Assembly (NCBI GenBank): GCA_964016885.1
Contig: OZ024740.1
Location: 345,278,001 to 345,342,000 of the forward strand
DNA length: 64,000 nt
Direction: 5' to 3'
From: Eledone cirrhosa
Lineage: Eukaryota
Both the position numbers and the translations under genes were made by a program. Below are positions 28,996-42,767 of the stretch, in pieces (position 1 is the stretch's first letter; each line of letters starts with the position of its first letter). The notes beneath the pieces were generated by a model, which saw nothing but the letters and a program-made list of their open reading frames with translations, ran no database searches and was not told the DNA's origin.

Positions 28996-29116
28996 TGTGT
29001 CTTTTATTTCTATTTCGTGAGAAATCGTTTAAAGAAGTGGAAAAACTCCATAAATATGAATCTTACATTAGTTTCTATTTTTAATTTGTTAGTAGTACTA
29101 CTACTACTACTACTAC

Positions 29117-29182
<66 letters not shown>

Positions 29183-29677
29183 ATGAGTATTTTGAGGAAA
29201 CAAGATGGTTGCCGTTTCTACGTCATTTTTTTTTGTACTTTTTCGTACAACTTTTAACGGTATTTCTTTCTGCTGTATTTTTTTTTTTTTTTTTCAGATT
29301 GATTTAGTGATGTCAAAGAGGGAGCAGCGTTCGTAATCTCTTTTAATAGTTCTGAATCATTTATCCTTGTATAATTACATTTACACGATGAGTAAAGAGG
29401 CATCTATAAATGTTTCTTTTTTTGCGGTAGTAACTCTCTTCGCACCAGATTTATGGTTTCACACTTCCTCCTGGATCAAATATGACGCCTAGACGTATGA
29501 AGGTCGACAAAATACATACCAGTAATACATTAGTGTGTAATTTTATTGACTGTAATCGACAACATTATTTTATACGGTAAACAATTTCAACTTAACACCC
29601 GCCTTGTCTGCAGCCAAAAGGGTAATTAATAAATAAAAGCACATAATGTTATATGAAGACACACACATACACCCTCG

Positions 29678-29708
<31 letters not shown>

Positions 29709-29744
29709 TATATATATATATATATATATATATTGGATGAAAGC

Positions 29745-29782
<38 letters not shown>

Positions 29783-29793
29783 GAGAGAGAGAG

Positions 29794-29856
<63 letters not shown>

Positions 29857-29964
29857 GACTAATTAAATATGTTGTTTGGTAGGTTAACTCATATATGATA
29901 GATATTCTAAAGCTGAATTGAACAATGAGTCAACCTCAATTTTGTAGCCACGGCGTAGGCGTCA

Positions 29965-30120
29965 ATATGCTAGAAATAGCAGCCAATTAATCTTGAAAGT
30001 ACCCCCACCCTCACCGACACACAAAGACAAGTAAATGCTGTCCGGAGTACACTATGCTAAAGGGAGGAGGATGGGATAGTCGTGGCTGGAATGCTTTTGA
30101 TCATAGGTTTGCTTAACCAG
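29965..30120 (-). repeat. Dispersed repeat family (fragments also at about 3685-3730, 9335-9370, 25060-25090, 31560-31630, 32055-32085)
   Basis: Recurrent ATTTAGCTGCTATTTCTAGC and TCAAA(A/G)GCATTCCAG(C/T)CA motifs in both orientations; family identity not determined. Confidence 0.55.
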
Positions 30121-30476
30121 CAGAATTTTAACAACTTGTGTAGTGTAATAAAACACACACACTGAAACAGCAACAATTTATGCTTTGTTTATGAGCAGGA
30201 TCAAAAGTCATAAACCTTACCTTGGTTATCTTGTAAACTTTATTATCTGGCTTTACTATAAAGAATTTTTACTGAATAGATAGGAAACCGAAGAAAATGC
30301 ATTGGTGTTTTATGTAAAGACACTTTTCGTTAATAATTAAAACGCACCCGGGATTCGATATTCCAGGGTCGATAGAATAAATACTGGGAAGAAGTGTGTG
30401 CCTATGTTCATGTTCACTGATCCCGATATTCCATAGTAGCCCAAGGAAGCAAGTAAACATGTAAAATGATTCACAC

Positions 30477-30533
<57 letters not shown>

Positions 30534-30580
30534 AAGTAAAAGCGAAGTAGTTTCAGATGTTCAAGTCCTTTAATAATAAT

Positions 30581-30654
30581 GCTGTGATATATATTTCAAT
30601 GACGACACTGGCCACACTGTTCTGTGTGCGAGTGTCGTGACATCATCAGACAGC
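30581..30654 (-). ncRNA. Type I hammerhead ribozyme with extended stem II (minus-strand mirror copy)
   Basis: Exact reverse complement of 30751-30824. Confidence 0.78.
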
Positions 30655-30750
30655 TTGTTACATAATAAGGTTGTTTCCGAGGCAATCCAAATTGAATTGA
30701 CATGTCGATTCAATTTGGATTGCCTCGGAAACAACCTTATTATGTAACAA

Positions 30751-30824
30751 GCTGTCTGATGATGTCACGACACTCGCACACAGAACAGTGTGGCCAGTGT
30801 CGTCATTGAAATATATATCACAGC
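30751..30824 (+). ncRNA. Type I hammerhead ribozyme with extended (45-nt) stem II
   Basis: GCTGT-CTGATGA-[TGTC-ACGACACT-CG-CACAC-AGAACA-GTGTG-GCC-AGTGTCGT-CATT]-GAAAT-ATAT-ATC^ACAGC. Confidence 0.78.
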
Positions 30825-30827
30825 ATT

Positions 30828-31010
30828 TGGATTGGCAGTATCGGTAGAGGCTCAGACACCATGCTTTCCAGCATAGTTACGTCCCTTTACGATCTGAGTT
30901 CAAATCCCGCCGAGGTTGACTTTGCCTTTCATCCTTACGAGGTCGATAAAATAAAGTACCAGTAATGCACTGGGATAATTGATGGCCTTGTGCCAAAAGT
31001 AGAAACAATT
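30828..31010 (+). mobile_element. Full-length tRNA-derived SINE nested in the palindrome
   Basis: TGGCAGTATCGG A-box and GAGTTCAAATCC B-box; inserted at ATT|ATT, splitting the right arm. Confidence 0.92.
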
Positions 31011-31130
31011 ATTATTAAAGGACTTGAACATCTGAAACTACTTCGCTTTTACTTATTCGATATTTACTCCGTCACTCCTATGTGGAAAAAGTACATTGAG
31101 TGCTTGAATTGAATTGCATCAATATTTACC

Positions 31131-31206
<76 letters not shown>

Positions 31207-31637
31207 TGTGTGTGTGTGTGTGAGTGTCTGTGTGAGTATATGTGTATGTGTGTTTATGGTTAATGTGTGCGCGTGTGCATGTGTTTCCCTGTGTACATAT
31301 ATATTGTGACTACTAGACATCAACATTCGTTGCCCAAACATAAGTTTCATTGTCTGACAATTTTGCATGTGTAAACTATATTATTAGACCATAGAGAATA
31401 TACGGGACATTGGTCATTGTTAAAAATTCTTAAATTAATGCTGCCGCTTTTATATCCACAAAACATACTTAAGATCAAAGTCGCTCCAACCAAAACTATC
31501 TCAATTTTAGGTTTCTGAAATGGTCTGTTATTTTATAAGACACTAGATTCTTTTGATGTTTAACCTTAAGTCAGGCTTTGTCGAGCAGACTTTGGATTCA
31601 AAAGTTTTGGATCCATAACCATTCTATCCTTTATTAA

Positions 31638-31826
31638 CCCTTTAGCATTTAAACCGGCTGTATCCTGCCAGAATTCTCTCTCCCCTTTCAGTTCAAACTG
31701 GCCGTAAATGGCCGCTCATACTGACATTAAGGTATTGTTCTCAAAATAGATATCATCAACATTTCATAGATTCGACATTATGTGAAAATAAAATAGTAAA
31801 TATAGAGTAATGTGAATGCTAAAGGG
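31638..31826. mobile_element. piggyBac-type MITE
   Basis: TTAA|CCCTTTAGCATT ... AATGCTAAAGGG|TTAA; 12-bp TIRs with TTAA target duplication. Confidence 0.88.
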
Positions 31827-32142
31827 TTAAGTATCGTTTTATATCTAAGATTAGTGATAAATATGACCACACATTTTTAAGGGTGTGGATATCTAACAGG
31901 CTAAGCGATCAGGTGGAATGTCGTCTGCATAATGACGTGGAGTCATTGTTCAGCACCAACGTAGCTTTTAGCAAATGGACCTATGCCAAAAAATATTCCA
32001 GTCGCTTCTTTTTCCTACCCTTTTTATACTTTTCTATGACAATGAGTTAATACTTGAGGAATATTTAGCTGCTATTTCTAGCAGGAAAATGACGGCATAT
32101 AATTTCACAGGTTCTGACATCTAGAGTCGGAGTAGTAGTAAT

Positions 32143-32195
<53 letters not shown>

Positions 32196-32202
32196 CAGTA
32201 GC

Positions 32203-32246
<44 letters not shown>

Positions 32247-32253
32247 CAGCAGC

Positions 32254-32297
<44 letters not shown>

Positions 32298-32753
32298 CAA
32301 CAGCAATAGTAGTATGAGATTAAGGATTCTTGACACTTTTTGGGGACTATCTGTTTCAAATTTGATTTTAAACTAGTTTTGTTGTTGGTGTTCTTTTTTT
32401 TTTTGTTTACGTATGTTGGAGACGAACGGTAGCAGGTTAAGGACATGTCCACAGGTCAGTTAGTCCTGGTTCTTCTCAACCACTGACTGGGTGTAGAGGG
32501 AGGAGAAGTTTTTCAACCGGTCAACATTCTTTACTAATAATACCAATCGCACACTCCTCCTTTTTCCCCCACTCCCTGCGTCACAAGCCTATTTCATCTC
32601 CCCCATTCTCTTTTTTATTATTTTTAGATTTTCTCTTTCATTGATTCACCCATCGGCTGACGGTCACTCCATCATCCGCGCATCCCCATACATCCATCTA
32701 AGTCTTCCTGACTGTACCCCCCCCCCTTCTCTCTCTCTATTTCTCTCTATAGG

Positions 32754-32800
<47 letters not shown>

Positions 32801-34271
32801 ATTCCGGAGTTGTGTTGGGGAGTTACCACAGTTATAAAAGGTACTCAATACATTGGTTGAATATAGGCATACATATTATATATAGGAATCACTTCTAAAG
32901 GATTAGAAGTTTATCTTTCGTATGAAATTCCTGGTGATTTCATATATATATATATATATAAATAATCCCTAATTTCAAGGTTGTACTCACCTACATATCC
33001 ATGAACTTATCTAGCCATCTTCACATCGATATATATTTTGGTGTACACAATTCATCCATTCTACGACCATACATCTATATATCTATGCATCTATACATTC
33101 CTGGTTGTAGATATCCAACCATCCATCTATCCATCCGTCAAACCGGCCAACCGTCTAACCAGCCATCGACCCTACACTGACCAGCACTCATCTCCTCCCA
33201 CTGAAATGACATTCTCTTCAACTCGTCTTTCATGCCCTGAACAACCCCCGACCCATCACCCTATTCACTCTACTACGTCCAGAGTGAGTACTGACACCCG
33301 CGATTTCAAATCTACCTATTATCTGTCACCAACACATCTACATCCACATACACACAAGCAAACACACACAAACCTACTCACACACTCACACAAATACTTA
33401 CGCACACACTTAGAGCTCCAACATCTCGACAATGAAGTGGCTGTTGCCAGGTTTGACACCTACTGTAGACCTGCCATAGTTCCCAGCAGGGAAGAGAATT
33501 CAACGACAGCAGTGTTCACTCAAGCCTGTCCAGTTTTGTTAATAGTTCGACCGTCACAAGAAAGGGAGGTCTGTTTTTCTAACACCCTCAATAATCTTAT
33601 ACATATATTTGCAAAAACGTAGATACACAAAAAACATACATATACGTACATAAACACACACACACACATTCATATAAAAACAAACATATGTATATGTGTA
33701 TGCCTATATGTGTGTCTGTGCAAATATATCTACTGTGAGAGATAGAAAGAGAGAGAGAGAGAGAAAGATAGATAGCGACGGAGAGAGAGAATTCCGCCAA
33801 TATATAGAGATACATATTGAAGAAGAAACAATCACATTTATCAATACACACACACAGAAACACATTGAGAAATGTATTAATATATTTCGTCTGCTATTTC
33901 AACGCGTCTCCCTGTAACGATGATTGAGTACTCTTACAAATTTTAGCACATCAACTTGTCAATGAAAAAGTATCAACATTCGTTATTTCTAGATATATTC
34001 ATTTATTCTGTTATTGGTTTCTGTCATTTGACTGTGAACTTTCTGGGGCACCTCTTTGATTTAATCGATCACATCGACAAAAGTACAGATTTTTCATGTC
34101 TCGTACTTCTTTTCGCGATCTTAATTTACAGATCCCACTTGTACCAAACTGCTAGGTTACTGGATATAACCTCACACATACACAAAATTAAATATATATA
34201 AATATATATACATATACACACACACACATATATATATATAGAGAGAGAGAGGGGGAGAGAGAGACAGAGAG

Positions 34272-34301
<30 letters not shown>

Positions 34302-34302
<1 letters not shown>

Positions 34303-34495
34303 GTGGGGTAGAGCACTGGCAGGTAATATCCGTAGTGGTAGAACACTCAGTCCATGGTACGAGTTAGGTAGAAGTGGTTACACAACAGTTAGTTCACCAT
34401 ACCGAGAACAATTGTTTCACCTTAGCGGATCCTCAGCTCGCCGCACAGGTGAAACAATTGTTCTCGGTATGGTGAACTAACTGTTGTAATTCTTT
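34302..34495 (-). mobile_element. PLE-like stub with 41-bp inverted arms (34382-34422 / 34447-34487)
   Basis: TA-flanked; perfect arms surround the 5' half of an HHR. Confidence 0.8.
34403..34440 (-). ncRNA. Minimal type I hammerhead ribozyme
   Basis: Minus strand reads CGAG-CTGAGGA-T-CC-GCTAA-GG-T-GAAAC-AATT-GTT^CTCG; palindromic stem III ACAATTGT. Confidence 0.82.
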
Positions 34496-34754
34496 ATTAT
34501 ATATATCATATATGCAACAACACAGCTCGCCATTTTTCATTCATATATATATATATGTATATATATGTATATATATGTGTGTATATGTATATATAAAATA
34601 AGATGGGACTAGCATGGGTTTCACTACGAGTAATAGAGAGAGACAGAGAGAGAGAGAGAGAAATATGTATACGTGTGTTTGTGTGTTCATGTATATATAT
34701 ATATGTATCTATGTATGTGTGTGTAGGTGTGTGTGTGTGTGTATGTGTGTGTAT

Positions 34755-34955
34755 GTGTGAGTAAAAGGTAAACAGAAATGACAACACAAACAGTACAGTA
34801 TATGGAAGGAATAGATTAGTTTCACGCTTGAAATAGCAGGAAGGGGGTCTCAACGTTTCGGACCCCCTTCCTGCTATTTCAAGCGTTAAACTAATCTATT
34901 CCTTCCATATACTGTACTGTTTGTGTTGTCATTTCTGTTTACCTTTTACTCACAC
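34755..34955. mobile_element. ~95-bp-arm inverted repeat, family C, with an HHR 3' half in the loop
   Basis: Arms at 34755-34849 and 34861-34955 (one mismatch). The loop reads GTCCGAAACGTT on the minus strand. Homologous to 60024-60150. Confidence 0.85.
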
Positions 34956-34965
34956 ACACACACAC

Positions 34966-35039
<74 letters not shown>

Positions 35040-36003
35040 TTGTATGCAAAGAATCGAACTTTCGAACGAGGCTCTGGTGAATTATGGAGTACATAGAAAT
35101 ATGTAGGAAACTCAAAGCCTCAAAAATATGTAGGAAACACTGTTGGATGTAATAAATGATTGCCTAGTTAATCAGTCTAGAGGGCATTTTAATCGACGTT
35201 TTAATCTGTTATATATATATAATTATATATAGACACACACTTCAATCAACTTACAAATTATAGGCGTAAGCTATTTTTTGCTGTTGGAAACCAGTTGGCA
35301 TATTGGCAGAATGAATGGAGCGTATGAATAACTGCCTGTGGTCTTTGTTTCGGCTGTGGTCATTCTAAGGGCACTGGTTAAAGAGGAATGACTTATTGTT
35401 GAAAATATTATGATATTTATTTCGGCCCTATGCATTCGGTGTTTCAATATCAATATGACCTACTTGGGTCAATTCCTAATTCCTCTCCCGTTTTAACACC
35501 AACTGGCTCTGGCTTACATTTGGTGGAGTATTTAGGCCAGAGACCTGTCTACAGTTGGGGTAGGTCATCTTCCATTCCGTCAGCCTCTGAAGCCTTGTCA
35601 TACTCAGGTTATTCTCTTTTTTTGCAAAACAGTAATTAACATAGAAGCTGGCTTGCATGAAATAGTAACTAAAACTCTGCAAAGAAACCGGCAAATGTTT
35701 TAGATACGAAAGTCTTAAATAAAATAAAGTCACGATGGAGACTGTGCAACTAAATAGATTTTGGTTCATGATTTGGGCCTAGGATGGTGTGTATATAGTC
35801 CTAGGTCTGCTGCATCAGGTATGACCTGGTGCTAAAACAACAATAAGCAATAATAAAACGTGTATACACAATACATATCACAATATATCTGGGTTTATGT
35901 ACGTATTTGTATGTTCATGTCATCATTGTTCTGTGATCACACATTCACATCAGTAATCAGGACACATAAAACCATTATTTGATATATACACACACACACA
36001 CAC

Positions 36004-36082
<79 letters not shown>

Positions 36083-36284
36083 TGCATGTATATATATATA
36101 CATGCATGCATGCATACATACATACATACATACATACATACATAGATACATACATACATACATACATACATATACACTGTCACTAGAAAAAGCACAATGG
36201 CAAGAGATTTTATTTTAAAAATATATACAACTTAGCCAACAAAAGCTGTACGCCCAGAACACTTAACACAAACGGACTTGCATA

Positions 36285-36524
<240 letters not shown>

Positions 36525-36565
36525 GTAAGCTGATCTACATTCCGAATAATGTATTTTCTGACCCC

Positions 36566-36836
36566 AGATGGACCTCTCAGGTAGAAATACAATTATCCCT
36601 ACAACACTATTAAAAATGACATCCATATGTCTGACGGTCTGCCTTTGTTTCTCTCTTTCTCTCATATATATATATATATATATACACACACGCAAACACA
36701 CACAAATGATATATATATATAACACGGAAAGAGAGAGAGAGAGACAAGGTTACAGACCGACGTACAGATAGTTAAATAGATGTCATTCTTGATAGTGTTT
36801 TAGGTTTAGTTGTATTTCTACTTGAGAGGCCTATCT
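36566..36836. repeat. Diverged ~58-bp inverted repeat pair (36566-36623 / 36779-36836)
   Basis: AGATGGACCTCTCAGGTAGAAATACA...TGACATC versus GATGTCA...TGTATTTCTACTTGAGAGGCCTATCT. Confidence 0.65.
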
Positions 36837-36907
36837 TCGTTGTATGAGGCTTCGTATTGTCACTAATGCTAAAACTGGGATAATTATATATATATATATA
36901 TATATAA

Positions 36908-37186
<279 letters not shown>

Positions 37187-37187
37187 G

Positions 37188-37220
<33 letters not shown>

Positions 37221-37251
37221 GTGTGTGTGTGTATGTGTGTGTGTGTGTGTG

Positions 37252-37370
37252 TGTGAATTTCGTATATCTAAAGATATACGGTATGTTTAAGGACTAGACA
37301 TTTTGAAATGCAAACCTATGAATTGAAAGGCTGACGACCAGCATATATCTTTAGATATATGAAATTCACA
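37252..37370. repeat. 27-bp inverted repeat next to (TG)n
   Basis: TGTGAATTTCGTATATCTAAAGATATA / TATATCTTTAGATATATGAAATTCACA; a CTGACGA lies in the spacer. Confidence 0.75.
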
Positions 37371-38213
37371 TACATGTAATTATACAGCTATGCCAGTAGT
37401 AACCTATGCATAATAATTTCCCCTCTCCATGCAACAGATATTGTCCAAAGGAATGTCAAAGGCCGATATAGCTTGGTACCAGAGACGTCACAAATCATTT
37501 CTACAGGTGAATAAACTGGAGCAACGTGAAAATAAAACATTTGACTCAAGGACACAACGCATCGCCCAGTCCGTGGATAGTTAATCCGACGGTCTCATCA
37601 CTAACCCACAAACACATAAAAAGTCATATATTGCGTCTATGAGGTACAAGGTTGGAGATGAATATGATATACAAAGAGAAGTGAGTGTACGTACATACAT
37701 ATTTGATTGTTTCAACGCGTCTTATTGCTCAATGGCATGCATACATGCTTAGCTCATGATTCAAAAGTTTAGAGCAAACACGAGATATAAAACGCAGTAT
37801 AATTACAATATATTTAGGTGTGTCTGTGAAACGTCATTCTTATGCAAGCGACTTTGCTGTCCAGATTTAGTATAAAGAATGAGAAATCACTGCAAATACT
37901 CTCTTTTATACACATGTATACACCAGGTCCGAACATAAAAAAAAAAATCCCACTGTCACTGCCTCTGCTTCTCCGTTTCTCCCGCTCTCCCCAAAGCAAA
38001 ATGGGACCACGCGTTGGCAGCCCCGCAGCCCCGGCAGACAGAAGAGAGGGAATTATGAATTTAAATAGCAATGCACATGTAGTAATTTGCAAATGTGTTG
38101 GGAAATATTGATAGCCATAGATTGTAGTGTACGTATGTGTGCAAATTCAAGTTATTAATATAGTATGCTTTCGAATGAACAACAGATATCCACAGGTATC
38201 ATACCTCCTGCTC

Positions 38214-38304
<91 letters not shown>

Positions 38305-38480
38305 TTTTACATATATTACCGGGCAAATTTGGAAAAGTGCCTTTATGGAAACCACGTTTCAGCGCTGCTTGTTTAGTCTATCGATTCTTAAACGTACATA
38401 CATTTATTTACCTATACATACATACAAACTTGTTAAGTGTGAAAGAGGGAAAAAATGTGGGGAAACCATATGTGGGGAAA

Positions 38481-38566
<86 letters not shown>

Positions 38567-38623
38567 CGCAGAGGAAACGGACAGGCGAACAAACACCTAC
38601 ACATACACCAACACACCCACACC

Positions 38624-38688
<65 letters not shown>

Positions 38689-39180
38689 ATCCCGTTTGAT
38701 CACAAACGGCCAATGGTTTTGCACCTAGAAAATTATTCTCCTAGATACGAGACGGAGCAAGGGGATTTTGAATAAGACCAGCAGTCGATATGTGTATATA
38801 TATAAGGGAGTGTGTGAAAGTATGTGTATGTGTGCTAGTAGCAAAGAACCAAAAGAACCAAAAGAAATATGAAAGGACCGTGGAGTGATTAAACAAATGA
38901 GTCAAAAGGGATTCTTTTTGTGAATATCAATGTAGCAAATAATTGAAATGGGAAATTTATGAGAGCAGAACATATACGACAATATATATCTTCATACGAG
39001 TGGTGGTTAATTGAAATGTAGTCTTTTATTTTCGTAATACATGTAAGTAGAACATTAGGAGCATTAAAAGTAAATACCCTGGCAATTATAATTATTTCGG
39101 AATATATATATATATATAAATGTGTGTGTACGCGCATATTTATTGGTATGCATATGTATGTCTACACACAGACACACACC

Positions 39181-39263
<83 letters not shown>

Positions 39264-40667
39264 GGAAATCCCTGTTGTAACGGAAGAGCTCAGCCGTCCC
39301 GACTCTTTATAATATATATATATATATATATCATTTATTAAACCTAGGTAGACCAGCAGTAACATCGGTAGGGGTTGAAACTGCCAAAGTCCATCTCAAC
39401 GGTTGAAGATTTAGGAGTTCTGTTTCTTTTGTTTTTATTTTCACTTTTTTTAAAGTAATTTGTTAAGGATTCCCCTTAAAAAAATATTTTTCGTTTTGCT
39501 TTGTTTTCGTTCGTTGTCTTCTCTTTGTTAATTTAGTTTATAATATATATATATATAAAATGTCCGAGTATAAGTAAGACGGATACTACAAAGAGTTTTG
39601 TGTATTAGAGAAAATGGAATTGCAGCATATAACCGCATTGTTTGTAACAAGAACGCACACACATATATACACATACACGAGCCCGTGCTTGCACATATGC
39701 ACATACACGTATTGCGGTCGCTAAAAAGATGCTAGAATAATCTCTATATCTTTTGTATTATCGAATCACTTGGTAGATTTGAATTCCCATATTTTCTAAT
39801 ATGTATACATATGTGCGCGCGGTGTGTGTATAGTTTGGGACGTTCGTACTTCGTTAGACAAAGGTGCGGTTCTTCGCAAGTTCAGCGGTCGCCAATGCGT
39901 GCTTATATCTCTTCTTCACACAACTGGAATTGAACGAGGAAGAAGTATGGTTCAACAAAATTTCGCACAAGTGATGCCATAAAGAACCATGCACGCAGCT
40001 AATTCTGTTAATCCAAAGCACTGAATGAGTCTTTATTTATCGATATTTATCTACCTTGCAAGGAGCTCGGCATCATTTGAACTCGGAACGCACTCTCACC
40101 TGAATAGTATACTAGGCGTTATATATATTCTGCCAAAACATCTATCGATCTATTCACCTATACCCATCCATTTATACAGACATCCAACCATCTCTTCCAT
40201 TCAGTTAAACATCCAGCCATCCAGCAATCCAGTCAGCTATTTATCCATCCATCTTTCCGTCTGTCTCTTCAACTTATCTATCCGTATATCTACGTTATAT
40301 ATTCCCCTCTACCACCAACATCACCACTACGTTTCTGTTGGTCCGACCGCCTGTCTATCAGAGATAAACATTGGAGAATCTTTAATTCCAGCTGAACTTT
40401 GGAAATGATAGCTAAGCTCGTACAGAAATACGCCACAAACAGGCACACACACGAACGCACTCACACGTACACACACACCACACACACATACACACTCACA
40501 CTCACACATACAAACACATAAACATACACTTTCACAACACCCAGACCCTCAAACATACGCGTACACGTACAGATACACACATACAAGACGCTTTCGTATA
40601 CAAAAGTATAGAGTTGAGAAGCAGCTTCAGAGAGTGGAAGTAGTGTAGAATGAAATGGACAGATATA

Positions 40668-40741
<74 letters not shown>

Positions 40742-40771
40742 TACATATAATATATATATAATATATATACA

Positions 40772-40962
<191 letters not shown>

Positions 40963-41509
40963 CGGGAGAGAGAGAGGAGAGAGAGAAATATATAAAGATC
41001 ATACACTCCTCTCACACACACATATAGATATATAGATATATATACATACATGTATATATATATACATACACACACGCAGAAAGAGAGAGACTGTGTGTGT
41101 GTGTATGTTTGTGCCTCTGTGTGTATGTGTGCTTGTGTGTGTGATGGGGGAAAGAAGCACGTCTCGATTTGAAGTCTGGATTAAGGAAATTCGGAGATCA
41201 GAGATTACAAGCAATTAGGCTGATGTAAGAGTGAGTGGCACTGATAGACTAGAAAGACTGGAAACGAAGCCAAGTGATTCTTTTTATGTACGTTTGTGTG
41301 TGCATGTGTGCGTGTGTGAGGGCAAGCACAAACAAATGCTTTTGAGTGTGCGTTTATATCTCTGTAGATGGATGGAAAAGAGATCTAGAAGACGGAGAGA
41401 GGAAAAGAGCCGCGAAACGAAAGGAGAAGAATGTTGATGGAAGATAAATGAAGCAGAAAGAAAATGATACGGAGAATATTCAGCCTAAGATTAACATGCT
41501 GTAAACTGT

Positions 41510-41514
41510 CTATA

Positions 41515-41581
<67 letters not shown>

Positions 41582-41582
41582 G

Positions 41583-41629
<47 letters not shown>

Positions 41630-41650
41630 ATATCTATCTATCTATTTATA
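41510..41650. repeat. (TATC)n tetranucleotide microsatellite
   Basis: Direct reading; a similar tract lies at 46310-46412. Confidence 0.95.
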
Positions 41651-41718
41651 TCTCAATCTAGCTAGCTAGACAGCTCTCGCTATCTCTTTCTCTCCCCTCT
41701 CTGTTTCTATCTCTCTCT

Positions 41719-41829
<111 letters not shown>

Positions 41830-42719
41830 CGTTCATACATACCTGCCTACATACACGCATACATATATATGAATGTATGCATGGATGCTTGTATGTGAGT
41901 ATGTATATCCGCTTTTCTAAATAATGTATAATTCAACTGTCTTTGTGCTGATGAAAATATATCCTATAATCCTACTTTGAACAAATACATAGTTACTAAA
42001 GATTGCTGCACCAAATGTAAGAGAATATAGCAAGAGCTTTCTTTTTATAATTAGTTTTTGTCTGATACGATATTTTAGGAATGCTTTGGACAACGAGATA
42101 TTTAAAAGTTGTTCTTCCGATAAAATAAAAATCCCAACGAAATTTAATATCTTCGTGAAGTAAACATTTCTACTAACAATATCTGCCAAATATTTCTAAT
42201 ATCGGGCCGTTTGTCATGAGCAATTTAAGGCAAAAATACCCACATCAACTAAGAAACATAGCACCCAAATGTACCTAAAATTGAAACTACGTGTCTTACG
42301 CCAGTGAGGAGAGGGTGATGAAAAATATTGTCTTGCATGTCTGAAATGGGACACATGAGATAGTGTTGGCTGGAACGCTTTGTTCTTAGTTCTCCCCGTC
42401 ATAATTGACCTCTGATTAACTATGATATATAACATAAGCCACGTTTGTGTGTGGAATAAACGAAGAGATCATTTTATTTACTCCTCACTACTTACTTGTC
42501 ACTTAAATCTACACCAGAGGGATAAATAGGTTAAGACTGTTATGGGGAGGTTTGAACTCAGAACGTAAAGCCATGTAGCTAAATGCAGCAAGTTAATTTT
42601 CCGACGATCTAATGTTTCTGACAATCTTCTGCTTTGACTTATGACTAAATAACTGCATAGCGACAGTCATAATATCACAAATATCATGCTTAAGAAATCC
42701 CAACATGCAATCCACACAC

Positions 42720-42767
<48 letters not shown>

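Larger units (their letters stand above)
30530..31134. mobile_element. Near-perfect palindromic PLE-like element (~173-bp arms), right arm interrupted by a SINE
   Basis: Symmetry centre at 30702|30703 with one mismatch. Left arm 30530-30702; right arm 30703-30827 plus 31011-31058; unique tail to 31134. (TA)n on both sides. Confidence 0.88.

Noticed and set aside
30832-30912. tRNA gene (A and B boxes)
   Set aside because: No full cloverleaf; followed by a conserved body and tail shared by many dispersed copies with TSDs, so it is a SINE head.
37360-37420. Minus-strand YWHSC peptide as the missing LIM1 exon
   Set aside because: Stop codon follows within a few codons and Cys spacing does not match a LIM domain.
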